DNA of 61,646 nucleotides from an uncultured Gammaproteobacteria bacterium (GTDB taxonomy: Bacteria; Patescibacteriota; Microgenomatia; Daviesbacterales; UBA10151): contig CAYMIA010000006.1 of assembly GCA_964390595.1 (NCBI GenBank), positions 1 to 61,646 on the forward strand, given 5' to 3'. The notes under the pieces were generated by a model that ran no database searches, was not told the origin of the DNA, and was given only the letters and a program-made list of their open reading frames with translations. Shown here piece after piece: positions 17,266 to 25,768 of the stretch. The position numbers and the translations under genes are program-made. Each line of letters opens with the position of its first letter. Within the stretch, counting starts at the first letter, position 1.

Positions 17266-19198
17266 ATGCTTGCTCTGTTTTAAGCTTCTCCAGGGGACTT
17301 AAGTTGGTTTGATTAAAATATCGGGTTAAATAATCTAAAGCTAAGTTTTTATTCTGCTCACATTTAAGATAATAAAAAGCCAAACCCTTGTTAAGGGGTG
17401 TAGGCAAAGACCTGCTAGGATCAAAAAAGATTATGCCTTTGCTTTCCCTCTCAGTTTTATCCAAAAATTTCTTAGCATTAACACAATCATTAATTTGCAG
17501 GTAAGCTGAAGATAGGAGAAAATCACGGTCTTTTAGGATCAAGGGATTTTGAATACCTGCTTGGATTGGCATCTGTTCTAAAACTTTGACTACCTGATCA
17601 GCTGAACCTAAATCTAGCAGCAATGAGGCTAGAAAGTAGTGATTGTTAAATGACTGGGGGTCTGTTTGAGTTAAATAATACTGATAAGCCTCTTTTTCCA
17701 TCCCAGGCTTGCTACCATTCTCAGTAAATGGATCTAAGAAATTCAAATTGCTTAGCTGCTCCTCCTGCGCAACTTTAGCGGGCACAGCCACAAAATAACG
17801 GTCACTTAAGTAAACTATTGACCAATCTTTAGAGTAAAAAAGATCCCGGTAATTTAGCCCATCTGAAACATAGTCTCCAACTACTAAATCAATCTGATAT
17901 TTGGACAACAAAGGTAAAATCGGGCTGGAGCTAGAGTAAGCTGAGTAAAGGTCATTTAAAGCTGGCGTCCCCAGGAATAGGTCATCCCTGGTATCATAAA
18001 AAACCAGTACTTGAGGGTAGAGGTAAAAGGTTAAGTAGGCTCCTAAATTATGATGGTTAAAAGCCCGTCCGGATAAATGATGTCCGCTAATAAATCTAAC
18101 CATCTCAGTTTGAGATAAACTGACATTTGATTTTAAGCTAATTGGATTAATTTTTAGTGAAAGCCCAAAGCTAACAGCAGTCAATAAAATAAAACCAGCT
18201 ATCAGTAGGTACCTCTTGCTCAGCCAAATCTGGTTTAGCGCCACTGCCAGGATAGGGGAGGCCAAAACAACTGCCATAGGCAGCTGTCTGAAGGCCAAAA
18301 TTGGTAGGAAAGCTGCTATGGACAGAATTAAGTAAAACTTGTTTTGGAAGAGCTTCTTGCCAGCAACTAGTAACGCTAAAATGAGTGCACTTAAAAAGAT
18401 TAAGTAGATTAACAGCTGGTATTGGAAGCTAATTAAAAAATCTACTGGATAGTTAGTTAAAATCTTGCCAATTCCCGCCCATTCACCCTCAAACACTGAC
18501 ACCTGAGGGATAAAATAGAAAAAATAAAAGACACTTTTTAAGCCATAGCCGTTAATCAAAGCAGCTGGAATTGTTATCAAACTAGAGAAAAAAAACATCC
18601 TCTGTGAGCTTTTAATTGTCAATTTATCAACTAGTAACTGCCTAATGACCAAAGCCAAAACTAGGGCAACTCCAACAATTACCCCACTGCCGTACAAATT
18701 TGCCCAGAGCCAAATAATGACAGGTAAAAACCAGATTAACTTGGGGTGCTCTTTCCTTAGCTGATCAACCAGCAATATCAAAACTGCCAGCAAATAGTTA
18801 AATATCTCTGGGCGGGCAGGGAAGCGGGTAGACAATCCTGAGGCTGTCAGCGCAACCACTACTAATGCCGGGAACTGTCTAACTTTTAAACTTCTGATTA
18901 AAACATAACTCAAAAGTAGAGTAGTGGTAGCAATTATAGCAACAAATAAAGTAATACCAATAGGCCCCAAAACATTAAAGATGAGGTAAAAAATTACTCC
19001 ACTTCCCCAAGCATAACCCACCCAAGGTAAACCAGTGGCGGTATGGGTAAATGTATCAACTTGGGGCAGAGCCCGGTTCTCTAAAACAAACCGCCCAGTA
19101 TTTAAGTGATGGAAAAAGTCCCCATTTCCATCAAAAGGATGAAGAAAAAAAATAAATAAAAATCCAAAAAAAATGGCTAAAAGTAGTTTTGAATACAT
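17246..19198 (-). CDS. Polytopic membrane protein with C-terminal helical-repeat (TPR-like) region (paralog of 11395..13320)
   Basis: Contains FHHLNTGRF and WANLYGS motifs and about 12 TM segments. The 3' end overlaps the convergent 15520 gene by 20 nt. Confidence 0.6.
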   Translation of the reverse strand: MYSKLLLAIFFGFLFIFFLHPFDGNGDFFHHLNTGRFVLENRALPQVDTFTHTATGLPWVGYAWGSGVIFYLIFNVLGPIGITLFVAIIATTTLLLSYVLIRSLKVRQFPALVVVALTASGLSTRFPARPEIFNYLLAVLILLVDQLRKEHPKLIWFLPVIIWLWANLYGSGVIVGVALVLALVIRQLLVDKLTIKSSQRMFFFSSLITIPAALINGYGLKSVFYFFYFIPQVSVFEGEWAGIGKILTNYPVDFLISFQYQLLIYLIFLSALILALLVAGKKLFQNKFYLILSIAAFLPILAFRQLPMAVVLASPILAVALNQIWLSKRYLLIAGFILLTAVSFGLSLKINPISLKSNVSLSQTEMVRFISGHHLSGRAFNHHNLGAYLTFYLYPQVLVFYDTRDDLFLGTPALNDLYSAYSSSSPILPLLSKYQIDLVVGDYVSDGLNYRDLFYSKDWSIVYLSDRYFVAVPAKVAQEEQLSNLNFLDPFTENGSKPGMEKEAYQYYLTQTDPQSFNNHYFLASLLLDLGSADQVVKVLEQMPIQAGIQNPLILKDRDFLLSSAYLQINDCVNAKKFLDKTERESKGIIFFDPSRSLPTPLNKGLAFYYLKCEQNKNLALDYLTRYFNQTNLSPLEKLKTEQAFNDLSH

Positions 19199-19233
19199 AG
19201 AGGTTTTAACTTATACTATATAAACTTAACCCA

Positions 19234-20409
19234 ATGAACAAGCTTTTAGTGAATAAGCTGCCGGTTTTTAAAAAAATATTACTCATCCTCTTTGGTTTTA
19301 TTCTAGCATTCTTGATGCTATATGTAATTGATAATTTCCTGGGTTTGGTCCTCAACAAAGCCGGTTACTTTAAAGCTATGACCCCCAACGTGACGGAGGT
19401 CTATTCGACGGATGAATTTAATTTTCAACTGACGATATCTTCGCAGGGGTTAAGAAATCCAGAAGTTTCAGCCAAAAAGCCAACAGACGTTTACCGGATC
19501 CTCGCCTTAGGTGATTCATTCACTTATGGTTGGGGAGTGAGGTTGGAAGACTCTTGGCCGAAGTTGTTAGAGAAAAAATTAGTTATTCCAGGCAAGAGAG
19601 TCGAGATAATTAATGCTGGCGCCCCTGGGTTGGATACGGTCGATGAAAGAAAGGTTTGCCGGGCCTATTTAGACCAATTTAATCCCGATATGGTTGTTTT
19701 GGGATTTCTAGGACCAGAAGATCTTTATCAACTGGGTGCCCGAGATTTAAATAGCTCAAAAGTAAGCAATTTTATTACCAATCACTGGCCAGTCCTTAGT
19801 AGTATTGGTACGCCCATCATTGACTCTGGTTGGCATGGTAGTGCCAAACCTGGGGATGTTATCAATCTATCCGATGTCTGGAAAAAAGAGGCCCTAAACT
19901 ACTCCACCAACGATCCCAAAATTCTCAATAATTTAGACCCAAGAGTTAGGCAGATTTTTTTAACAGGTAAAATTAACACCGCTTTGATATCTACGGCTTA
20001 TAACGATCCCGAATTTGTGATTAAATTCCTGAATAAAAACAATTTCGACTTTGCCTTAAATGCGCTGGACTCGAGAATCCAAAAATTAAAGCAAAGATGT
20101 ACCGGTGACACACCTACTGTAGTCGTCATGCTTCCAACGAGCAATCTAGTCAATAAAGATTTCTTAACCTACAGGCACGCCGAAGGCTTTCAAGTGAGCG
20201 AAGATCTATTAACTTTTGATCTTGATACTCCGGTCTCCAAAATCATCCACAAATATGGGTTTAATTACCTAAGTGTCATCCCCGCATTCAGAAGCGCCAG
20301 CGATAACTTTGAGTATTATTATCCTTGGGATTACCACATGACACCGCTTGGTAACCAAAAAGTCGCTGATTTCCTAGTTGGGGAGCTGCCCCAATTTATC
20401 AGTCACTGA
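19234..20409 (+). CDS. Membrane-anchored SGNH/GDSL-family hydrolase or acyltransferase
   Basis: N-terminal TM helix. Block I is ILALGDSFTYGWGV, and a C-terminal DYHMTPLG gives the DxxH catalytic block. Confidence 0.7.
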   Translation: MNKLLVNKLPVFKKILLILFGFILAFLMLYVIDNFLGLVLNKAGYFKAMTPNVTEVYSTDEFNFQLTISSQGLRNPEVSAKKPTDVYRILALGDSFTYGWGVRLEDSWPKLLEKKLVIPGKRVEIINAGAPGLDTVDERKVCRAYLDQFNPDMVVLGFLGPEDLYQLGARDLNSSKVSNFITNHWPVLSSIGTPIIDSGWHGSAKPGDVINLSDVWKKEALNYSTNDPKILNNLDPRVRQIFLTGKINTALISTAYNDPEFVIKFLNKNNFDFALNALDSRIQKLKQRCTGDTPTVVVMLPTSNLVNKDFLTYRHAEGFQVSEDLLTFDLDTPVSKIIHKYGFNYLSVIPAFRSASDNFEYYYPWDYHMTPLGNQKVADFLVGELPQFISH

Positions 20410-20411
20410 GA

Positions 20412-21893
20412 ATGAACAAAATCACCAAAGGCCAATTATTGATTTTAAGTTTGATCTTAATCGGATTTTTTGCCCAAGCCCTATTTACATTTAATTCAAC
20501 TAACCAAATCAGATACGAAGAGCTCTCTGAATCAGTTAGAAATGTTTATTGGTACGCTAACCATTTGGTTTTTAGTGGAATTAATGCCCATCTGGGCTGG
20601 TATTTTACCTTAAATACTATCTATCAAACCTTTGGTTTTAAGTTTGAAACTGTCCAATATTTCCGGTTAGCACTTCATCTGGTATCCATTATCTGTTTAA
20701 TTCTGTTTTTAAAAAAATACTTCCGCTTAACTAGCTTAATTATTCCACTACTGGCCATCTTGCTTTCTCCCACACTCTTATATTTCAACAGTCTGAAAAC
20801 TCATTTTGGGATTGATCTAACCTATTTGCCAATCTGTCTTTTCCTACTAGATAGAGTCAATTTTTCTAAAAAAAACCTGGCCACTTACTTAAATACCTCG
20901 CTTTTTTGGATTTTAGCGATGTTGGCTTGGAGTTCATACCCCAGTTTTATCTATTTTCTACCTTCACTGACTATTCTTTTTCTTTATAAACTGCTTCACC
21001 AAAAAGAGTTTAGCAAACCTGATCTTCTTAAAATTGGAGCTATTAGTCTAACCTCTTTCCTTCTGCCAATCCTGTTGCTATCTTTACCAATTGAAAACAA
21101 AGAGCTGTTACTTCATGACCCAATCTCCGGTGGGGGTCTTTTCCAAGGTTCAGGCCAGTTCAACTTGGGAAGTTTAAGTGAGATAACTGCCAGAGTTATT
21201 GAAACCTTCAAGGCCTTTTTAGGAATGGCGCCCAGCCTGCTATACGAACTCTCTGAGCCTGATTTTTCCCATTTGTGGCCGTTCATATCTATCGCGGTCT
21301 CAATAATTGGGGTCAGTTGGTTAGCGCTAGTCAAAAAACAATTTAGATTGCTTTATTTTAGTATCTGGCTGGTCTTCCTGATTAATCTGCTAGTGATCGC
21401 CCTAGCAATAGATGATGCGGGACCGGCTAGTGCCCGCAGGGCAACTGGTTGGTTGGTTAGTTTTTACGCCTGTTATTTTTTATTGTGGCTGCAAATACCA
21501 AGCCTTAAATTTAAATCAAAAGTTTGGGAATTAATCTTGATATTTTTATTATTGCTTTTGCCCCTTCATCACATTATTTTCTTTCCAAAAAATCTGATTC
21601 ACCTTAAAGATTTTAGCGTTGATCGGGAAGATATTTGGTTTGGACAAGCTGAAAATCCAGATGCAGCCTTAGGGCAATACCTTACCAAAATCACCCAACA
21701 AGACTTAAAGCTAGTTGGAGTTTATCCAAACAATTCAGACTTTGGCTTAATTTATAGTTGGGTTTATGGAGCGGTCAAGGGTACCTGTTATTGGAATAAG
21801 TTAGATTGCAAAAACCTATTGGGTTTAGACCGCTCCTCTGGCAAATTTGTGATCCTAGACCTACAAAATGTTAACTATTTACATCACAATTGA
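20412..21893 (+). CDS. Polytopic membrane protein (ArnT/PMT-like GT-C candidate)
   Basis: About 11 hydrophobic segments, no recognisable soluble catalytic domain, and a position inside the glycan island. Confidence 0.5.
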   Translation: MNKITKGQLLILSLILIGFFAQALFTFNSTNQIRYEELSESVRNVYWYANHLVFSGINAHLGWYFTLNTIYQTFGFKFETVQYFRLALHLVSIICLILFLKKYFRLTSLIIPLLAILLSPTLLYFNSLKTHFGIDLTYLPICLFLLDRVNFSKKNLATYLNTSLFWILAMLAWSSYPSFIYFLPSLTILFLYKLLHQKEFSKPDLLKIGAISLTSFLLPILLLSLPIENKELLLHDPISGGGLFQGSGQFNLGSLSEITARVIETFKAFLGMAPSLLYELSEPDFSHLWPFISIAVSIIGVSWLALVKKQFRLLYFSIWLVFLINLLVIALAIDDAGPASARRATGWLVSFYACYFLLWLQIPSLKFKSKVWELILIFLLLLLPLHHIIFFPKNLIHLKDFSVDREDIWFGQAENPDAALGQYLTKITQQDLKLVGVYPNNSDFGLIYSWVYGAVKGTCYWNKLDCKNLLGLDRSSGKFVILDLQNVNYLHHN

Positions 21894-21933
21894 GTTGAAC
21901 TGACTTTTCTGAGTATACTTAAAATCAGAACCC

Positions 21934-24168
21934 ATGAAATTCATCACTGCCGCCTGCCTAACTTTGCTTCTAGCCCTGCCGCTTGCAATTTTTACCATCA
22001 GACAAGTCAATGCGAGTCTGTCTGCTTGTGGAGGATACGTTAACCCGGCCAATGTCGCTCCTAACTCGACCAACACCTTCACATTAACTGTGACTAACCA
22101 GAGTTCATCTGATATCGTTTGGGTTAAGCTAACCAGGCCCTCAGATAACTTCACCATTCTCTCTCATTCGATCCAGGGATGGTCAGTTGATCTATCAGCC
22201 AGTCAGATAATTTTAACTGGCGGCAGCATCCCTCAAGGAGGAGCCTCCACATTTGAATTTAGCGTTTCAACAAACGGCAATGAATCTGATGCTACAGCCT
22301 GGCAGGTTCAAGCATCAGATGACAGTCAAGGAGCCTCCTCCCTAGCTTGTTTAGGTTCATTTAGTACTTCAATTTTTTCTAACCCTTCAGCACCCAATCT
22401 CTCAAATATCTCAGTCAGAGATGTTACCACGACATCAGCTAAGGTCAGCTGGGAAACCGATACAAGCTCTAATTCACAGATCCAATATGGGACAAATGAT
22501 AGTTATGGTCTCACTAAAAGTGATTCATCTGCTAGTACTCAACATAGCCTGAGCATAGATGGCTTATCAAACAATACGGTTTATCATTACAAAATCTCCA
22601 GTACTAATAACCTTGGTACTAGTGAATCAGACGATAGTACCTTTTCGACAGCGTTGGAAGCCCAATCTTCATCCTTAACAACCACCAGCCAAACCACCAA
22701 CCAAACTAGCACCCAGCCTTCTCCCAAACCCACTCCAAAGTCATTCTCCGATAACAATCCGCCGGTTATCTCAACTGATTTTGATTTTTCCAAGCCTTAT
22801 CCAAGCCCTCCCAAAATATCTGGTAAAGCCTCAGACAACAGCTCAATTGCTAAAATTGGCTATTCGCTTGATGGAGGCAAAAATTGGTTGCCAGTGGATA
22901 ATATTAAATCCCCTAATAGTGCATCAAGCCTATTTGATTTTACCCCAGCTTTTTTGGAGGATAATAACTATCAAGTCCAACTCAGAGCCCAGGACCAATC
23001 GGGCAACATTGGCTATTCAAAGGTATTCACCCTAATAATTGACCGGTTGCCTCCGTTAGTTGGGGGCAGCGTCAGTTCAATTGGTCCAGAAATCCTGGAG
23101 GGATCTGAAAATGGCGTCTTATTTGCTCTGGAAGGACTAGACCAAAAAATCACTTTGTCTGCCGTTGGTGGTCCAACCCAAATCGATCTGGCCTCTACTA
23201 AAAATGGCGAGGCTAAAAACCGCTCCACCTTCTCTTTGATCAAAGATCCCGATTCTGGGCTTTGGAGCGGCACTCTAAGCTTCTCCTCGGCTGGTGTGTA
23301 CCAGATCACCGCCAATTCAGCCGATGGTGCTAAAAACAAAACCTCCCGTGATCTAAACACTGTGGTGGTTTTAAAAGACGGTCAGATTAAATTTGGAGAT
23401 CAACCAGTTAAAGATGCTATAGTCACTGTTTTCTACCTTGAACCCAGCACCAAACAATTTGTCGTTTGGGATGGCCAAAGCTTCTCCCAGAATAATCCTC
23501 AAAAAACCGATCAAGAGGGGAGATATCGGCTACTTTTACCAGCTGGAGACTATTATCTCCAAATCCAAGCTCTGGGTTTTAAGAAACTAATCACCAATAT
23601 CTTTGAGAGCCGAACTGACTTACCAATAAATACTACCTTTCAACTTCAAAAGTCTGCCTTTTTCCAGATTGGTCCTTTAGTAATTCCCCTGCCTGACTTT
23701 TCATTGAGTCAGACCGATATCAATCTATCATCCCCCCAAATACCAGACAAATTATCAGTCAAAAATCAGATCAGTGGCCAGACATTAGCTAATTTTAGTC
23801 TTTATGATGAGCTCGGCAAAACAGTCAATACCACCAGCCTCAGAGGCAAACCAACTATTATCACCATTTTAAATACTTGGCTGCCTCAATCATCATCACA
23901 ACTCACAATTTTGAATGAGCTCAGAAGCAAACAGGAGATTAATTCAGTTGTAGTTTTTCCCGGAGAGAGATCCTCTACACTAAACATTTTTAAAAAGCGC
24001 GGCGGATACCAGCTGAATCTACTGGCCGACCCGGATGGTAAAACCATTAGCCCGCTTAATGTTTTAACTTTACCGATGCATCTTTTTCTAGACAGAAAGG
24101 GGGTTGTTACCAAGCTAAAAATAGGCATTCTTAAAAAAGACGAATTGCTTAGTAACCTGATACAATAA
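21934..24168 (+). CDS. Secreted multidomain protein: FN3-like, Ig-like and carboxypeptidase-regulatory-like domains, then a C-terminal TlpA/redoxin-like domain lacking CXXC
   Basis: Signal-like N-terminus. SNISVRDVTTTSAKVSWETDTSSNSQIQYG...YHYKI (FN3). GRYRLLLPAGDYYLQIQALGFKK (CarboxypepD_reg-like). LRGKPTIITILNTWLPQSSSQL...LLADPDG...PMHLFLDRKGVV (thioredoxin fold, with WLPQS in place of WCPPC). Confidence 0.6.
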   Translation: MKFITAACLTLLLALPLAIFTIRQVNASLSACGGYVNPANVAPNSTNTFTLTVTNQSSSDIVWVKLTRPSDNFTILSHSIQGWSVDLSASQIILTGGSIPQGGASTFEFSVSTNGNESDATAWQVQASDDSQGASSLACLGSFSTSIFSNPSAPNLSNISVRDVTTTSAKVSWETDTSSNSQIQYGTNDSYGLTKSDSSASTQHSLSIDGLSNNTVYHYKISSTNNLGTSESDDSTFSTALEAQSSSLTTTSQTTNQTSTQPSPKPTPKSFSDNNPPVISTDFDFSKPYPSPPKISGKASDNSSIAKIGYSLDGGKNWLPVDNIKSPNSASSLFDFTPAFLEDNNYQVQLRAQDQSGNIGYSKVFTLIIDRLPPLVGGSVSSIGPEILEGSENGVLFALEGLDQKITLSAVGGPTQIDLASTKNGEAKNRSTFSLIKDPDSGLWSGTLSFSSAGVYQITANSADGAKNKTSRDLNTVVVLKDGQIKFGDQPVKDAIVTVFYLEPSTKQFVVWDGQSFSQNNPQKTDQEGRYRLLLPAGDYYLQIQALGFKKLITNIFESRTDLPINTTFQLQKSAFFQIGPLVIPLPDFSLSQTDINLSSPQIPDKLSVKNQISGQTLANFSLYDELGKTVNTTSLRGKPTIITILNTWLPQSSSQLTILNELRSKQEINSVVVFPGERSSTLNIFKKRGGYQLNLLADPDGKTISPLNVLTLPMHLFLDRKGVVTKLKIGILKKDELLSNLIQ

Positions 24169-24172
24169 AATT

Positions 24173-25768
24173 ATGTGGTCTCAATTTCTCTTAGAAAATG
24201 TCCATTTTGCCATTAATATCTTCGCGGCTTTAGTTTTTTTTGCAGTCTTTTGGCTGTATTTTGATGCTTGGATACAAAGAAAAAATTTGGTTGAAGGAAT
24301 TAAATTCCTTGGCTTTTTACTAATTTCCCTCTCCTTTATATTTAATGCTATTTTTATGGAGACCTCGATCCTGGAGGCAGCGATTCTGAGTCCGGGAATA
24401 CATCTGCTCCTAGTAGGAATAACCCGGATTCCAGGGTACCTATTAATAATCATCAGCTTGTTAGCGGAGCCACTTCAATCTCACCCTAAGTCCAAAGGTT
24501 TAGGGGAGAGATCAGGTTTGGCCATATTAAGCACAGGGACCCTTGCAAGCATCAATTTTACTTACCCAATTTTAGCAGTAGCAGTCGGGTTTCTATATTT
24601 ACGTCGGGCAACTTTAGGATTAGAAAATCATATCAAGGGTATCGCTCTCGGCTTTTTCGCTCTATCTATCTACGAATTTTTCTCTCTACCCTTTCTTCTT
24701 CAGAGCACTAAAAATGTTCAAATTTATGAGATTGTCGCTTCCTTTAAGCCTCTTTGGATAATCGAGCATCTCATTTTATTGACCACAGCAGTCATAATCG
24801 GCTTCTGGGTGTTTAGATATTTAACCAAGAGGCTTCAGTCACAACTGTTCATGTTCTTTACCACCATAATAATCGTAATTTTTCTGTTGACCACCGTTAC
24901 CTTTACCGGACTTTTGGTTAATAATTTGCAGAGTCAAACGCTCCGTCAACTGGAAACAGATGTTAAAGTCTTGAACTTGGCAATTGAATCGAAAGCGGGT
25001 GAGAGCTTATCTGATGCTCAGGTAATCGCCTCAAACCCTCAGGTAAAAGCGGCGATTATAAGCAAAAACCGTCAAATTTTAGCTGATAGCGCATCATCTT
25101 TTCTGCTGACCAAAAAGCAGAGCTTGCTTACTATAGTCAGTGATAGCGGCCAAGTTTTAGCCAGAGGAGAAGACCAAGAAAAAATTGGTGATTCGCTCTC
25201 AGATGATCCATTGATGAAAAGAGCTTTGCTAGGCGAGAGCCTTTCATCAGTTAGCTCAAGGGCGGGTGTTATATCACCTGAAGTCTCAGTCCGGTCAGCC
25301 ACACCGGTCAAAGATGGAGATAAAATAATTGGGGCTGTCATGATGGGCTCTTTAATCGATAACGCTTTTGTAGATGGTGTCAAGACAGCCACCGGTCTAG
25401 AAACAACCATCTATGGAAACAACCAAATCTCAGCTACCACTCTAGTCTCAGCAGATGGTAAAACCCGGCTGCTTGGCATCAAAGAGTCCAATCCCAACAT
25501 TGACTCACAGGTTTTGCAAAACGGCGCCAGCTTTACTGGTGCGCTGGATATATTAAACACCCCCTTTTTTGTCGCGGTCTTACCGCTAAAAGACATTGAT
25601 AATTCCCCAGTAGGCATGCTTTTTGTCGGCAAACCACAAATTGGTGTTCTCCAAACAGCTAGCCGCTCAATTGAATATACCTTTATTATTGCCCTGGTTT
25701 TAATGTGCCTTTCGGTCTTACCCAGCTTTTACTTATCTAAATATTTAAGTAGTCAACTATCGCGATGA
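24173..25768 (+). CDS. Membrane sensor protein: about 7 TM helices, an extracytoplasmic double-Cache-like domain and a terminal TM helix; no output domain
   Basis: Hydrophobic N-terminal half, then a roughly 270-aa soluble region (…SDSGQVLARGED…DGDKIIGAVMMGSLIDNAFVD…TIYGNNQISATT…FFVAVLPLKD…PVGMLFVGKP) typical of Cache sensors. The protein ends right after a last TM helix. ATGA overlap with the kinase gene. Confidence 0.55.
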   Translation: MWSQFLLENVHFAINIFAALVFFAVFWLYFDAWIQRKNLVEGIKFLGFLLISLSFIFNAIFMETSILEAAILSPGIHLLLVGITRIPGYLLIIISLLAEPLQSHPKSKGLGERSGLAILSTGTLASINFTYPILAVAVGFLYLRRATLGLENHIKGIALGFFALSIYEFFSLPFLLQSTKNVQIYEIVASFKPLWIIEHLILLTTAVIIGFWVFRYLTKRLQSQLFMFFTTIIIVIFLLTTVTFTGLLVNNLQSQTLRQLETDVKVLNLAIESKAGESLSDAQVIASNPQVKAAIISKNRQILADSASSFLLTKKQSLLTIVSDSGQVLARGEDQEKIGDSLSDDPLMKRALLGESLSSVSSRAGVISPEVSVRSATPVKDGDKIIGAVMMGSLIDNAFVDGVKTATGLETTIYGNNQISATTLVSADGKTRLLGIKESNPNIDSQVLQNGASFTGALDILNTPFFVAVLPLKDIDNSPVGMLFVGKPQIGVLQTASRSIEYTFIIALVLMCLSVLPSFYLSKYLSSQLSR

